Source of the DNA: Haplodiscus bocki | Taxonomy: Eukaryota | NCBI GenBank assembly: GCA_965655095.1 | Contig: OZ296657.1 | Span: forward strand, 41,788,001-41,852,000 | DNA length: 64,000 nt | Direction of reading: 5' to 3' | Shown here: positions 46,541 to 60,329 of the stretch, in pieces | How positions within the stretch are numbered: position 1 is the first letter of the stretch | Layout: the number at the start of each line of letters is the position of its first letter | The notes under the pieces: model-generated | Databases searched by the model: none | What the model was told of the DNA's origin: nothing | The model's input: only the letters and a program-made list of their open reading frames with translations | Position numbers and translations under genes: made by a program

Positions 46541-49500
46541 CAAGCCACGCCTCCATTTTGAGAAAATTATCGAGTGAGCAAACTATGTCAAACATAAATC
46601 ATCTTGTGGCAAAAAATCATAAAATAAACAGACTCAGACTCGTGACATTTGACATCGGCAGGACGAAGGCAGCTTCTAACCAAAAAACCCAAAACAAAGG
46701 AGACTTTTACTATGACCCAAGCGTCACACACTAATTATCACTTGAAACGCGACGACAGTCAATCCTGAAGAGGACACATTAACACCCCCACGGAAGGAAC
46801 CGCCAGCGTACCCGCAACAAATGGAGCAGAAATTCATGTAGGCCGCACTCAATAAAGCGTAAGTGAAAAACAAACTGACAATGCAAAAAGGACCGAACGA
46901 ATGACACCAGCAAACCAGAGCAAAACAGAAAAAACTGAAAAAGACGATATTAGACTAATGGCAGCAACATTTAACTGAAGCAAAAATCACCGTGTATTGT
47001 AAATTCCATTATAATTCAAAAATTACGAAAATGTTTGTCCTTTAGACACAGATGCATTACATGGGGCACGATCAGAGATGGAAATCCGAAAAAAACTTGA
47101 CCGCCCACCCGGACGCATTACTACACGAATTGCCTCCACCAACGTTCAAAAACCAATTCACCATTGCCAATACTGTCTCAGTCAAAAAGTACACTCAGTT
47201 ACACTAAAATGTAGAATGGCAGGAAAGGAGTTCGAAGAAACATTCATGGTTTCATCCACGATGGGGAACATCTTAATTGGCAAGAGTTTCCTCAGAAAAT
47301 ACTCAAAGACACTCGACATTAGTAAACGTCTGGTACACTTCCCAGCTCTGTCACTACAATTGAAAAACTCGAATGGAAAATACAAATGGAATATGTGCAA
47401 AAGACTAGAGACTCAGAAGCTTGTGGTAGCCCGTTCCAAGAAATTCTGGCTCCCATGTGCACGAACGAAAACATCAGCACGTGAAAGGGTTCAACTGAAC
47501 TCAGCTCAGCAGTCACCCGAAAAGCAGCCCTACTTGTAATACCTGCAACAGTGAAGTTAGAGAGCAACAAGTCTGTCATCCAAATCACCAACCGAAATGA
47601 CCATAGCTACTTAATCAACCCAAGGGCAGTGCTGGCAAACTTCAATGTTTTGACGCTGAATCAGCCGAAACACGTCAAGCCCATGCCACTGCAAACAACT
47701 CAGTTTATTCAACCAATTCCCAGAAGAAGCACCACAAGTGATAGAAAACTGTTCCCGGAGCCCATCTGGAGTGACGACGAAGAACGGTACCCAAGTCTTG
47801 AAACGTGCACTGATCGTGACACCCTCAACCCACTGCAAAGACCAATGTACTATCAAATAGTTAAGCTCAGGACACAAGAGAAGCTGGATCCAAAGGCATC
47901 AGATGAGCAACGACAGACGTTTCTCTCCCGATTCAACAGGGACAACTAACAGCTCAACTGCAACGAAAAACAACGGATCAAACAGGTTTCGGTTAAGTAT
48001 CATCAAATTTTTGCCAGTCATTGTTTAGAGATGAGCATTAACACTTAACTTAAAAATAAGGTAACGCTCAAACAAGACGACTCAATCTACGCAGAGAGCC
48101 GGTCAACGCCAACAAACATGAAAGATGAGATACTAGTCGAACTTGTTCTTATGCCAGACTTTGATGTAATAACCATTTCACCTTTCAGCCAATACTCTTC
48201 GGCAATCTTCGCATAAAGAAAACCCAATGGTAAATTCAGACTCCTGAAAGAATTCAGGCGTATTAACCAATTGTTTGAACATGACGTTAATGAAAATTTT
48301 CACACAGTTACCACAATCGCCGACGAAGCCCAGCATTTGGCCAACAAGAAGTTTTTTGTAAGTTAGATTGTTCTCAGGTTTACCACTGTTTGCAGATGGT
48401 TGACGCAAAGTCCAAGCAAAAACTGTCATTTAACTTCAGTTCACGAACGTACGCCTACAGACATTTAGCTCAAGGTCCTAACTGTTCACTTTCAACGTTC
48501 ACCAGCTTTGTTCGAGAATAACTTGACCCTGTTGGAAAAGCAGATCCTTGCACCCAATACGCTGACTACATTGGAGTCGCAGCCCACACTACAGACGAAC
48601 TGATACAGAACATCAAACTTGTAATTCAGTGCATCGGCAAAGCTGGACTGAAACTGTCTCTGGACAGATGCTCATTTGGTCAGGAAAACTTGAATCTTTC
48701 GGTGGGACAAAAAGTAGCCAAGGAACCGGAACCTTTGAGGAGAAAACTAACTTCCTTGATTTCTTAAAAAAACTCGATATTTTCTACGTCGGTGAAATCT
48801 CTACAAAAGTAAACAAAATTTATAAACCATTAGAGCCGGTATCTACCAAAATTACCTAAAAAAGTGATACCACTGTCTAGGGGACTCTAAAAAGACGTAA
48901 GGTTTTCAATGACTGACTAGGTTTGGGACTCTCTCTATTGAAAGTCTTGCAGATTCAGCTAAAACAGCCAAAATGACACTACGACTACCATTACTCGAAA
49001 AACAAATGGTCGTCATGTGCGATGCTAGCGAGCATGCTGTCGGCTATGTCCTACTGACAAAACAACACTCTGACACAGCTGAAGGAAGTCATAAATTCTA
49101 CGCCCCTGTTGCATTCGGTTCCTGTCATTTTACAACAATTCTAATGTCTTCAGCCAGGTAACATATGGAATTTCTAACCATGCTTTCTCCCTTCAACGAG
49201 TTCGGTTATATATTGTGGGGAGTAAAGACGTCCACAATAGTCATGATTAATATTAGGCCAAGAACGTGGTCTTTTCAGGCAAAACAAATACCTCCGAAAC
49301 TCTGGAATTTTTGCGACCAAACTCTTCAGTTTAATTTTATTTCAGCTCACGTCCCGGGAAATGCAATTCCCGCAGCCGATCTATTGTCGCGATTGGATAT
49401 TGAACAAAAACAAAGCATTCTATAAAAATTAATTGATAACATCCCAATGTACCACGTAGAAATTGACATAGCATCCAGAACACCAAAGCAAGACGACGAC

Positions 49501-51250
49501 CAGGAGGAATATGACCAAACCGCACAGTTACAACAACCAGTAGTACCTCCAGAAGAACCAGCTCAACTTGACAACGTCATGAACATGTTACCTATGAAAC
49601 TCCACGAAACGGCCTGGGATTTTGAATGACAACGCGCACAGATGCGAAATGACTTAGTTGCCAGTAGCTCGAAAGATCAAAAACAGCATTACGATAGGTT
49701 CAAACTCAAGCCACTATCGCGCCAATCGAGACTACACCAGTTTAGCACCTCAGGGGAGTGTCAAAATACGCAAGCTCAACGCGCAAAAGCAGACATACAG
49801 CGTATGATCCGTGTCCAACATGGACCCGAACTCCCGCCTAATCACGTTAACTTCAAAAGAAGAATTTTAGAAAAACTGCATAAAAACAAACGATAACCCG
49901 CAGGAGTTAAGGACGTTCTGTACCGAAAGTTATACAGCAACGTAGGACATGAAACTCACAAAAAAATGTACCGACTTACACAATGGATGACATAATCAAG
50001 ACACTGCGTAAAAATCCTATGCAGCGACACACTGGCTCATCAAAAATCTTGCAGGAACTACGCGAACGCGACCTTAGTCAACCTATATGGTCAAGAAACT
50101 ACATCAATTGGTACACAACTACTAGATGAGCACCCGAAGGAAACCCTGTCACGAGAAAATTCTGCAAACACCACCCGAACAAACCTATGAACCGTGCAAC
50201 GGACCAGAACACGTCTTTGAAGTAGATATGGTTGGAGAACTGCCCAGCACGAACAGTTTCTCACACATCGTCACTGCAACTGACGTGTTCTCGCGCTACC
50301 TGTTCGCCATATCGATTCGCAAAGCCTACACCGCCTCCAGTGTCAAAGCACTACAAACCATTTTTAGAAAAAATGTTTTTGTACCACAACAGATAATAAC
50401 TGATAAAGGCTCCGCCTTTACATCCATTTTAGTCACAAAACTGATGGACACCGCAGGCATCAAAATCAAACACGCTACACTGAAACACGCAAGGACGATG
50501 TCATGATCGAATGGTCAAATAAATAACTCAAGCAAATCCTGGAAATCAACGTGGCCAGTTCTGCATGACATTAGGATTGAGATGTCAATTTAGCAGTGAT
50601 GGCACATAACACGATATACCATCAAGTACTGCAGTACTCGCCATCAGAAGGTCAGAAGTTCTTCATTGACGCGTCCCGTGTAAAGCACTCGACCTCTAGT
50701 TTAGACACCCAGTGCAGCCACCACGTGGCACAACGGACAACAAAACAAAAGTGAACCAACTCAACCGAATGAACAGAGCTAACGTAGACAAGATCTTTAG
50801 CGCATTCAGTAAAAATGAAGTATACTATGACAGGAAACTCAAGCTTCGCCACTGAATATAGGCGACTACGTATTTCTACTTTGCCCAAAATACAACAGTC
50901 AATCCGACAAACCCCAATTCAAAACATTTCACTGCAACGGACCTTTAGCAGTAATTAAGTCTTGACACACTCAAATGACATCATTCGATAAGCCGGAACA
51001 TACAAAGCACAATGTGTTCACAGAATGTGCCCCCGAGTATTTGAACCCCAACAACCGGTCGAAGACATCACTGTTAACGATGCAGGTTTCTACCTCGACC
51101 CAGACACAACTGACTTTGTAGACATTTTCAATAACAATATTCCGTCGCGAAACCTCACTGAGGCAGACAGTAACCTCACGCAACACAACCAACAGTATCA
51201 AGGACCTGAATAACAAACTGCCCACATCCGTGACACAGAAGTCAGAAGCT
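46541..51250 (+). pseudogene. pol: Pol polyprotein, heavily disrupted
   Basis: LDTDA (protease), RKPNGKFRLL and YADY (RT), CDASEHAVG (RNase H), EVDMVG, TDVFSRY and TDKGSAFTS (integrase). Confidence 0.9.
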
Positions 51251-52979
51251 TCCAAACTCATACAACACAAATTAACCGAAAAACAAGCAATCAACCGATT
51301 ACATCACATCACCAAAACAACACTGAGACGCAAAATAATTAAATCGATCACCCCACAACCTCAACGGTAAAAACACAACCCGATAGCATTGCCTCAACAC
51401 ACAAGAATCTAGCACAATATACCACAAACTAACAAAAGGGAAACAGCCTCTCCGGAAGGCTCACTTTCACCGTCTACCGAGCTTGCCAACACTAATGCTA
51501 CAAGTATTGATACAAACACTCAAACTCAAATCGCAAAAAAATTTTTTTTGGAACTTAGAAGAAAACCAGTATTAGCTCGGCACCTACTACACTAAAGTAA
51601 AAAACTGAGAGACCTTCGCTACCAGCTCGACTGCACACTCATTGACCTGATGATGATGAGCTTCCGAAGTCCTCTTTGGCCTCCTGTAAACAACCCTCGC
51701 GGAAATTTAGCATCACCAATGCAATTATTAAAAAGACGGAACAAAAACTGACCTTCGAATAGACAGCGTCATCGATTTTTAACCTTATATTCGTTGCACC
51801 ACACTTTCTTTTCCACTCATTCTCATCTAACAACTAGTCAATAACTTTTATTTCTCACAGTATTGACACCGGTGCACTACACTGCTGACGCACAAACTTT
51901 ACTGACAACACCTCATCACTACGCACTCTCGAATCGGAAGTACCGCTAACACAGCTAAACTTGCTGAGCAAATGAGCGCATCCACTCAATCCAAAAAGAC
52001 CGTCAAATCACTGTATTTTGCTTCAATAACTGGGGACAGCGGTAGCTACACTCTAACAATAAAAAAAAATAGCATAAAGTAGTCCTAATGAAAAAAATCA
52101 CTTCCAGTTACCACAAAAGTTGTCAAATGACACCAGAACGATTAAATTAACAAAACAACAATTTTTTAACCTGTAAGAGCAAAACCTATACCATCTACCA
52201 ACAATATCCAAAAACGAGTAGGCACCGTTCAGACCCCCATAATATCGAAAATCTGCTCTCAAAACTTTACCCCTAGTAAAAAACTACCTGCACAATTCCA
52301 ATTGCAAATCGTGCAAAATTCTAAAAACACTAAAGTCATATGTATTCACAACCAAACAGATATAGTGGCGTATATCGGTACAAACTTTTAGATGGTAATG
52401 AGGTGCCCAGTACCTACCCAGAAAACTGAACAAACTAACTCTAGAGCAAACCTAGTTACCCGACTAATTCTAGTCATCCTGAGCCGTATACCTTACCTAA
52501 CGTAATAAAAACAGCTTATGTTCAAGAGCAACCCCCCTCCGCCCTAACCTTGATGGATACCGGTACACTTGAGAAACTGACCTTCCAACCCGAAGACAGT
52601 TTTTATCCAACCCCCGGAAACGCTACCAGCGCAAAACCATCCAGCATGCCTAGAACTCAGGAAACAAATATTCACGAGAGCAAATACATTAAATTACACT
52701 CCTTCATCCAAAAAAGGACGAACACTTGACTCTCTTATCGTTTCCTGTTCCTTTTCTCCTCTTTTTTTCTTTTTCTTTCACTCACTCTCGTTCCCTTTTT
52801 CTGTCTGATTTTTTGTGCTCTAGAACTTTGACAGCCACTGTAGTTTTCTGTTTTTTTCCACTTTCTGGGATATCACTTAAATACAATGAACGAAAACAAA
52901 AAAATGGCGAAACAAAACAAAAAGCAAGGAGTTTTTGACAAAGTTTTAAAGTTCTAAAGTTTCAGTTTTGCAACGACCA

Positions 52980-55900
52980 ATACTCAATACTCAGTAATTG
53001 CAATGTATGTGGCGTCCTCATCCTCATCACCGCTATCGAAGACCAACTTCATTTTCCTCGCTTTCCTCGCTTTTTTTGGTTCCCAACGATAGGCTGTGGT
53101 CACTTTTTTCTTCATTTTTGATACCACAGCCCGCTTCCATGTCCCAGACGTCGCAAGTGGACTCGTCGGTAACCCCGCTCCAAAACCTACACTCTTCTGC
53201 TGCCGTGCCGTCAACCTGTCCACTAGTCTGGTCGCACTCACAATCACCGCAACAGAATGCTCCACTCCACCATCTCGCCAGCAGTCCAGACCACTGACAA
53301 ATCACGGGTGTTGGCATCCGAAGTGCGAACAGTCTTATTCTGCCATGGTGACTTTCCGCTTAAAACCACAAGTTGCTCACGTATCAGCAAGGATTCATGG
53401 ACCACATGCACAAGCGCAGATGACACTGGAATTTAGGCCTCCACTCGTTCGAGAGAGGACCAACTTTTGTTACAATGAAGCGCGGTCAAGCTTCTATTAT
53501 GTACCACCACTCCAAACGCCTCCTCCTGGAAGTTGAAGCTATATGGGCTAGGGGTCACCAGGCAAAACAAGCAGTCTAAGAATTGGGACTCTTCTCAATT
53601 CAAGTGCTTTTGTCCATCGATCTAGGCCCAGCCACTCTTTGCCCACATCAATCCTGTACGATAGTGACTCGCTAGGCCCCCAGGAGCCCAACAGCTTCTT
53701 GTTGAAGGCTAAGTACTGAGTTACAGCCTTCTTAACATCAACATCAAGCAGTACCTTCGAATCCACCAATACATTGGATTCAATACCAATGTTGGACCAA
53801 TACCAATACCCCTTCAGTCAAGCTCATCTCCTCAACGTCCCTCATTGGTTCTAGGCAGAACGCCATTTTTGTTCCATAACTGGAAATTCACCCCGAAGCC
53901 AGTCGGCACAACTCCACATTCAGGTCGCGGACGAAAAACTGCACAACCAGAAAGAAATGGGTCGCCCCGCCCACAGGTTCCGCATAACAAATAACGCCCA
54001 AAATCTTCTGACAAGCGGCTCTCAGAAATCTACTCGAAGGGAGCTTCTCACTCGTCTAGGCATGTATCAATTGGCGAACAGCAAACGGCGGCGGAATTGA
54101 TGTGTCCTGAATCACCCAGTGCAACAACGTCAGGACCATCTCAATCAGCTCATACTGCAGCCGCCAGTAGTGGTCGCCAATACCGGCCTGGCAAGTGGTC
54201 ACACACTCCTCCTTGTCTGAAACAGAACAACGAATGGTTACTGAACGCGGTACAGACCCTACCTTTAGTACACCCAATTGCTACACATCACAAGAAGAAT
54301 CTCCAATATAAAAACTCCCACAATCGCACTTCAGAACAGTTACTCACTAATTCGGGGAACTTTAGCGACGGAAGCAAAAAATCCGATCCTGTACGAGTTC
54401 ACTCTCAACGGTCTCCGTTATCACCGCGCCTTGCTCGTTGCGTACCCGACTCTCAGCCAGGTACATGACGAGGTCATCCCAAAAATCCGACAGCTCCTGG
54501 AGGATCCCACAACCAACCACAAATGAGATGGACTGCCTCGCCATGCAGTAAAACAACACACAATCCGTTACAAAATGTCATCACATTCAAGCATAGTAGC
54601 CCTTCTCTCCTCACCCACGTTTTACAAGAAACAATAACCCGTAGAACATCAAACAACTCATGAGAGAGTTCAGACTTACCGGTGACAAAAGTGGCAACCG
54701 CTTGCTGATCGACATCCGACGAGCCGACCGAAAATGCACTATCAGCCAGTCCCCGATACTGCATGGCTCGACACCAAGAAAATATCTAGTACTGACCATC
54801 CGCAGCATGTCTCCGATTACGGGAATAACCAGTCGCGGCAGAACTAAAAAAACCCCATCAAACATATTGTTGGCCATGCTGTCAGATAACTTGCCCACTT
54901 CATCAACAACGAGGCCCCTCAGCCGGGGAGACTGTGAAACAAGTCAAGAACCGCACCAGACCAAGCAGCATCTCATCTTCCCAAGACTCATAGTCCTCAA
55001 CCACCCCAATCACGACTACGGACATGAAGGCCTGTCACGAATTGCAAACTGGCAAACACCTTTGCATCCGCCTTTCGCAAATGGTAAGCAAGACTGAGTC
55101 AAGTCTTCAATTCCGTCACCAGAGTCTGAAGAACGTATTGGAATACTCCATACAAACCCATGCTCTAAGCAGAAAAAAATTTTATGATGAGAGTTGCAGT
55201 ACCGATTATTCGACCTCACCAAAACGAACGTACGATAACAAATTTTTTATATTTTTTTTCCTTCTTTTGTTTCTTTTTTCTCTTTTCCATCCTTTTTTGT
55301 CCTTTTTTCCGTCTTGTTTTTTCTCTTTTTCTTTTGTCGTTTTAATACCCAAGTATTCAAACAAAAGAACCGCGGTACATGCAATACACACACCAAATTC
55401 AAGCGCCCGAAAATTTTACCCCAATCCACAACTACGAAATCTTGAACCTTACCCCGTCCGAGTTTTCATATAAAGACGGTACAGACACGTTAAAACACAA
55501 AACACAGACTAATCTGACACAGCGCATTGTCAATCAGGACATATCGATAACATGCTTCACTCGGAAATGTAGCACTCAGGTTGTCCAAGTTTCTCACTAC
55601 GCAGTCAAAGTGGCAGTAGCTAACGAAGATGTCAAGGAACCAGCAAACCCACAGCTTGTCATCCGAAGACTCAATAACGACTGAACTGGATGCCCCAGTT
55701 TCCTCATTTGCAGTCTGCCGCAATCATCATCTTCGACACTGATTGCAGACACCGACTCAATGCTGACTGGAGGAAGCCCCGCCACTTAAGCTTGCTGTCG
55801 TGCACTTTCAGCGGCACCAGCAAGCTTACAAGCCTAATTGAGTAAAAGCCAGCCGTGCACCGATCGGTACCGGTTCTCCACCAACTAGTCTTCCTCACTA

Positions 55901-56800
55901 CTCCCGTGCACGTGCAAAGCCTAAATCCCCCGACTCTGGATCATAAGGTCCTGTCGGCAGAGTCGGCACCGCGGAATCCCCTCCTTAACTCTGTTCTCGC
56001 GATGAAACCCCGCAAAAAGGATGGCAAGCCCCTCTGTGACGTATTGAGTATGCAACCTCAGCTTCCTAGGTAGAGATGACGCTGAAATAGAAACAAACAT
56101 AATAAAATCAAACATAAACGCTATGACGACCGAACCAGCCACCGTAACGTACTAAAGTATAAGACTTAGGACGCTAAGTACAAAATATACACCTAAAACT
56201 AAAAATAGGTTGCCCGCTTAAAACACATCTATTCATCGTCGTGATTTACACTTACAGGTTTTTATCTTTCCGGGCATTCCGGAGTCAACCATTTTAGACA
56301 CAGCAGTAATACTCGAGGGTGCAACCACTGGCCCAAAAACTGACGGTAATGGCACTGGCTATCGCTCAACATCCATTGGCGACGACGGCAAAGGCATTGC
56401 TCTACTTAGACTAGCTCGCTGACTCAAGGCTTCACGCACGACGGCTCGAATACTAGGTTCAAACGTCTCCATGGACATACCCGAAACAAGTATTGTCCCA
56501 TCACAGCGCCCTGGAAACAACACGAAACAATCAGATGTGAACAGACAGATGACACCCTGCACCGATAGAGCCCACCAGATGACAAATGCTTACTCAGTGA
56601 CCCATCGAAGAGTTCGTACAGCTGTTGCGCTAACGCCTCTGACACCCCCAACTCTTCGTTCCAGTACTCATGTCGCTCAACCAGGGACCAAAGATAACTC
56701 AGGATCTGCACACGAGGGATGATAGCTAAAACAGAACAACAAAGATGAATACAATGAACGACAACAGTAACCCTCACCACTCGAGCCATCCATGCTACCC
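52980..56800 (-). pseudogene. Antisense accessory gene of Gypsy 2, homologous to 17900-21400
   Basis: Four colinear peptide matches to the Gypsy 1 antisense product and a candidate GTAAGT..TTTTAG intron at 56255-56193. Bounds approximate. Confidence 0.5.
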
Positions 56801-58403
56801 AGTAGAGTTCAACCAAGGATACATACTGAAGGGATACGACGTCAACACCTTTAACAGCTCAGTATCCAGTTTCGCTGAACGCGCCAACTCACAACACGGT
56901 TCAGCCATTTCAACCGCACGTACAAGTGCCTCTTCCAGAGAAACAGAGGCCATCGCATCCACAAACTCGCCATCACCATCTTGCATTGAAGACGCATCAG
57001 CATCAGTTGGAAGGACAGACATAAACAAAAAAAGCTCCGAAGTATTGGGAAAATCCCCACAATCGTGGAAACACACCTTCCACGATCCGTGAAAGTGCAC
57101 CGAACTTGATCAACCCAATCGCAAGACGTCAACGGAATGAAACAACGCTTCAAAAATGCTAATACAGTATTGCAACCACTCAAAAATTGCTTTTTAAAGT
57201 TTCCCACACCCGGGAGCTCCCATTGCTTCCAAAATTTTCTCTTCACCCAACACAATGAGCATATTGGTGACCAAAGTGGGAAACTCGGGAAAAAAATGAA
57301 CGAGAAAAAGAGCGACGTTTCAAAAAAATTCAGGCAGTTCTCACATTTCGGCCAAGTTTGAAAGACAGACTTCTGTGAAATTTTTTTTCACCTCCGCAAG
57401 TATGTACGACCTAGCTGCCGAGGGAGTACGATTCAACAATGCAGCAACTCTTTGTCAAAGCACACGAAAAGACGGCGTGGCTCACGTCCTTTACTTAGAT
57501 TTTATTGTTCAGCTGATGCGTATATGCGAGGGAAAACCAGGTACTAGAAATATTTTTTTCCGAGACGTTAGCTCTTTGTTTGAAAATTTAAAGGGGAGAA
57601 TCAGTGAGCCCTCAACAATCCAGCACTCAATTTCCCGCCAACGTTCGTGCAGCGGACTTAATGAGCAGAAACTGGAGTGTCGGGTCTTCGGGAAAAACCC
57701 ATATGCAGTTATTCTTTGGAATCATTTTTTCTCGTCTATGTACAAAGAGGGAGTTCAGGAAACCCTCGATTATCCGCCACTAGTTTTTCGGCCAGCATTT
57801 GCATTTTGGCAGACCTAATTGATTGAAAGTCCAGTGGCGTATTCTCTAGGGGAAAATCGGGTACTAAAAATATTTTCTTCCAAACCTTAGGTTTTCTTTT
57901 TAATATACCAAGAAAGAAATTCAATAATCACTCAATTTTCCACCTATAGTGGAAAATTCGGCAATCCCTCATTTTTCCGACAATATCTGTGCAGTGGGCA
58001 GTGGTTTTTTGATGGATAAATAAGTGTGTTGATAGCATTGTACTGGTAGAACTCTGTAATTTTTTTGAGAAAAAAATTTATACTGAAGAGTGGGTCGATT
58101 TGAGGTGAGAAGAGGGTCTTACGAAAAAATTCACTGTAAAAGTTGGTTCTTTTTCCGAAGCGTGGCGACTAAAATTGACTGTAAGTGGATCTTGCCACTA
58201 TTCGTATGTAACGTCCCAGACAGCGTTTTCATTACCTTTCCAAAACTTTCATCACTTATTGTAAGCAGTGATATAGACTTTTTTATCTTTCAAAAATTTT
58301 TTGTGGGAAAAGATTCCTGTAATTTTTTACGTCTTTAGTAACGCTTGCAGCGATTGTAACCTTAAAATACAGAATTACTCCAAAACGATCGAAATGAGTA
58401 AAC

Positions 58404-59186
58404 TCACATTCTGCTGCCCGCTAAAATCATGCCGTCAAGAGAATGCTTGTTGGCGTCCAACTGGTTCCTTATTTCTTCTATCGGAATGTTGGGCAGGACA
58501 ATGAAGAAATTAGTTTGCAGTCTGTCGCAATTGGTAGCTGCCAGCAACTTCTTCACAATCTCGTAGTCTTTGATGATTTGCTCAGTTTTCTCTGCTATCA
58601 GTTTTTTTGTTCCGTCGCTAATTTCTCGGTTGTCATTGAAGCTATATGGTTTATCATTTTTACTTCCGGCACCCGAAACAGCATTCCGACGACCAACTTC
58701 AATTACGTTCAAACTGTTTTCGAGAAAAAGTAGCCAGTCGATCTCAAAATTCTTCTTCTCACTGAATTCGGACCCCTTGAAAGTATCTTCAACTCCATTG
58801 AAGAGCAGTGCTGCGTTTTCGCTGGTCCAAGAGTTTATTCCAATGCCCCTCAATCCATCATTGAGAGATAAATACGCCCCGTAGAAGTCAACAATTTCTC
58901 CGTGATATCCGGAATGATCTTCAAACAAACCCTTTGGCCTAATTGAATCGATCCGCGGAACGAACTCTATCTTGTTTTTATAATGAGGGTTATAATGATC
59001 CAGCGCCAGGAATGGCATGCATGTTGTGCATCGGAAGTAGAAACATTTATCGGCAGTTCCTTCTTCACCACAAGAAGTCTCATTCTCTCCCAAGTGGGGC
59101 AACGAAGACATGTCCTGACATTCTGGGATGGAATCCGGGCGACCATTCTTCACAGACCAACAAAGTGTTCCTTGTGTAGGTTCCAT
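58404..59186 (-). CDS. NERD-like (PD-(D/E)xK nuclease-related) domain ORF, probable exon
   Basis: 260 open codons with GYHGE..., EIDWLLFLENSLNVIEV and K..Q motifs. The end coincides with a GTGAGT splice donor. Confidence 0.55.
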   Translation of the reverse strand: MEPTQGTLCWSVKNGRPDSIPECQDMSSLPHLGENETSCGEEGTADKCFYFRCTTCMPFLALDHYNPHYKNKIEFVPRIDSIRPKGLFEDHSGYHGEIVDFYGAYLSLNDGLRGIGINSWTSENAALLFNGVEDTFKGSEFSEKKNFEIDWLLFLENSLNVIEVGRRNAVSGAGSKNDKPYSFNDNREISDGTKKLIAEKTEQIIKDYEIVKKLLAATNCDRLQTNFFIVLPNIPIEEIRNQLDANKHSLDGMILAGSRM

Positions 59187-60329
59187 GCAAGATATATTGA
59201 CGATTTCAACGCGTAGATTTGTGTAGAATTCTCGACTATACTATGTGTTTAGTACTATTATAGATAAAAATTTCCGTCGAAAGCAACCTTCTGGTTTTCA
59301 ACCAAGCTGCGCAATGTTTTTTGCGTCTTCCAATGCTCAACACAAGGAAACGATGACCACGTTGCTAAATTTTTAATGATACTTGAAAAATTGAAAATTT
59401 GTTTTGGATACCATAGAAAAATGCAGTGTTCGCCGTCACTATGCGAGCTATATGACAATTTCAGCAGCCAACAGAGATTTGTAGAATTTTGAATTGGTGC
59501 ATAAATTACAATTGTACAGCCTGGTTTTGAGTTGTCCTAACAGAGACACTTTCAACAAGCTAAAAGTAGTTGATTCATTCTTTGCGTTGGTTTATGTTGC
59601 TACGTTCTAATAATTTCAGCAGACTGAACAAAAATGCGAGAACACGACTACTTAATTTGAATTGACTTTATGGATACCATCTAAAAATCGCATATCAAAA
59701 GATCTTAAAGTCTTCATTAGACATCTGTACCGAAAAATGTGACGTTCATTGTTTTAACAGTGACGTTACAAAACGTAGTTCACGAAAAATATTCACTATT
59801 CATTTGCATGTAAAAATAAATGTTTCTCAAGAGTTTCATCACGCTTTACTTCAGATATTTTAATAGCTGCTTATTTGACTCTGTATATATGCGTGACTGG
59901 TAATCTAACAAAAACTCAATGATGAAGCATTTTGAATTTGAAAAAACCTTCAAATGAAATGAAATGGAAACCTCATTACGTTAAAATGGAAGCTTTTGGA
60001 CAATAAGATCATCTCGGACAGAAACTACTAATAATTTGTAGCATCTGTCATGCTCGCATGAAAAAAAATACTAACTGCATATAAGTACATTATCCACTTA
60101 GCCTATGTCCTATTATAAAGCCCTTACATCTATTTAGTATCAAGTAATACTTACTAAAACATGCAGCACTGTATTGAAGCGTAGTGAACGCTATTGTGTA
60201 ATCTTACTTCCATCCATAGAGCTAAGAACGCCGATATACATTATTCATAAAGGTCGACAAGAATGCCATACACATCTCATGTAACAACAATCAGGCTAAG
60301 CACCACACTCAATAATCCGAAGATCATTT

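Larger units (their letters stand above)
44990..57200 (+). mobile_element. Degenerate Ty3/Gypsy retrotransposon 2 (LTR pair not identified, ends approximate)
   Basis: gag with two zinc knuckles, pol in PR-RT-RH-IN order, and a long 3' region with antisense coding remnants. Confidence 0.85.

Noticed and set aside
57375-57818. 147-aa plus-strand ORF, and likewise 61488-61916
   Set aside because: No recognisable domain or splice support. Compatible with chance frames.
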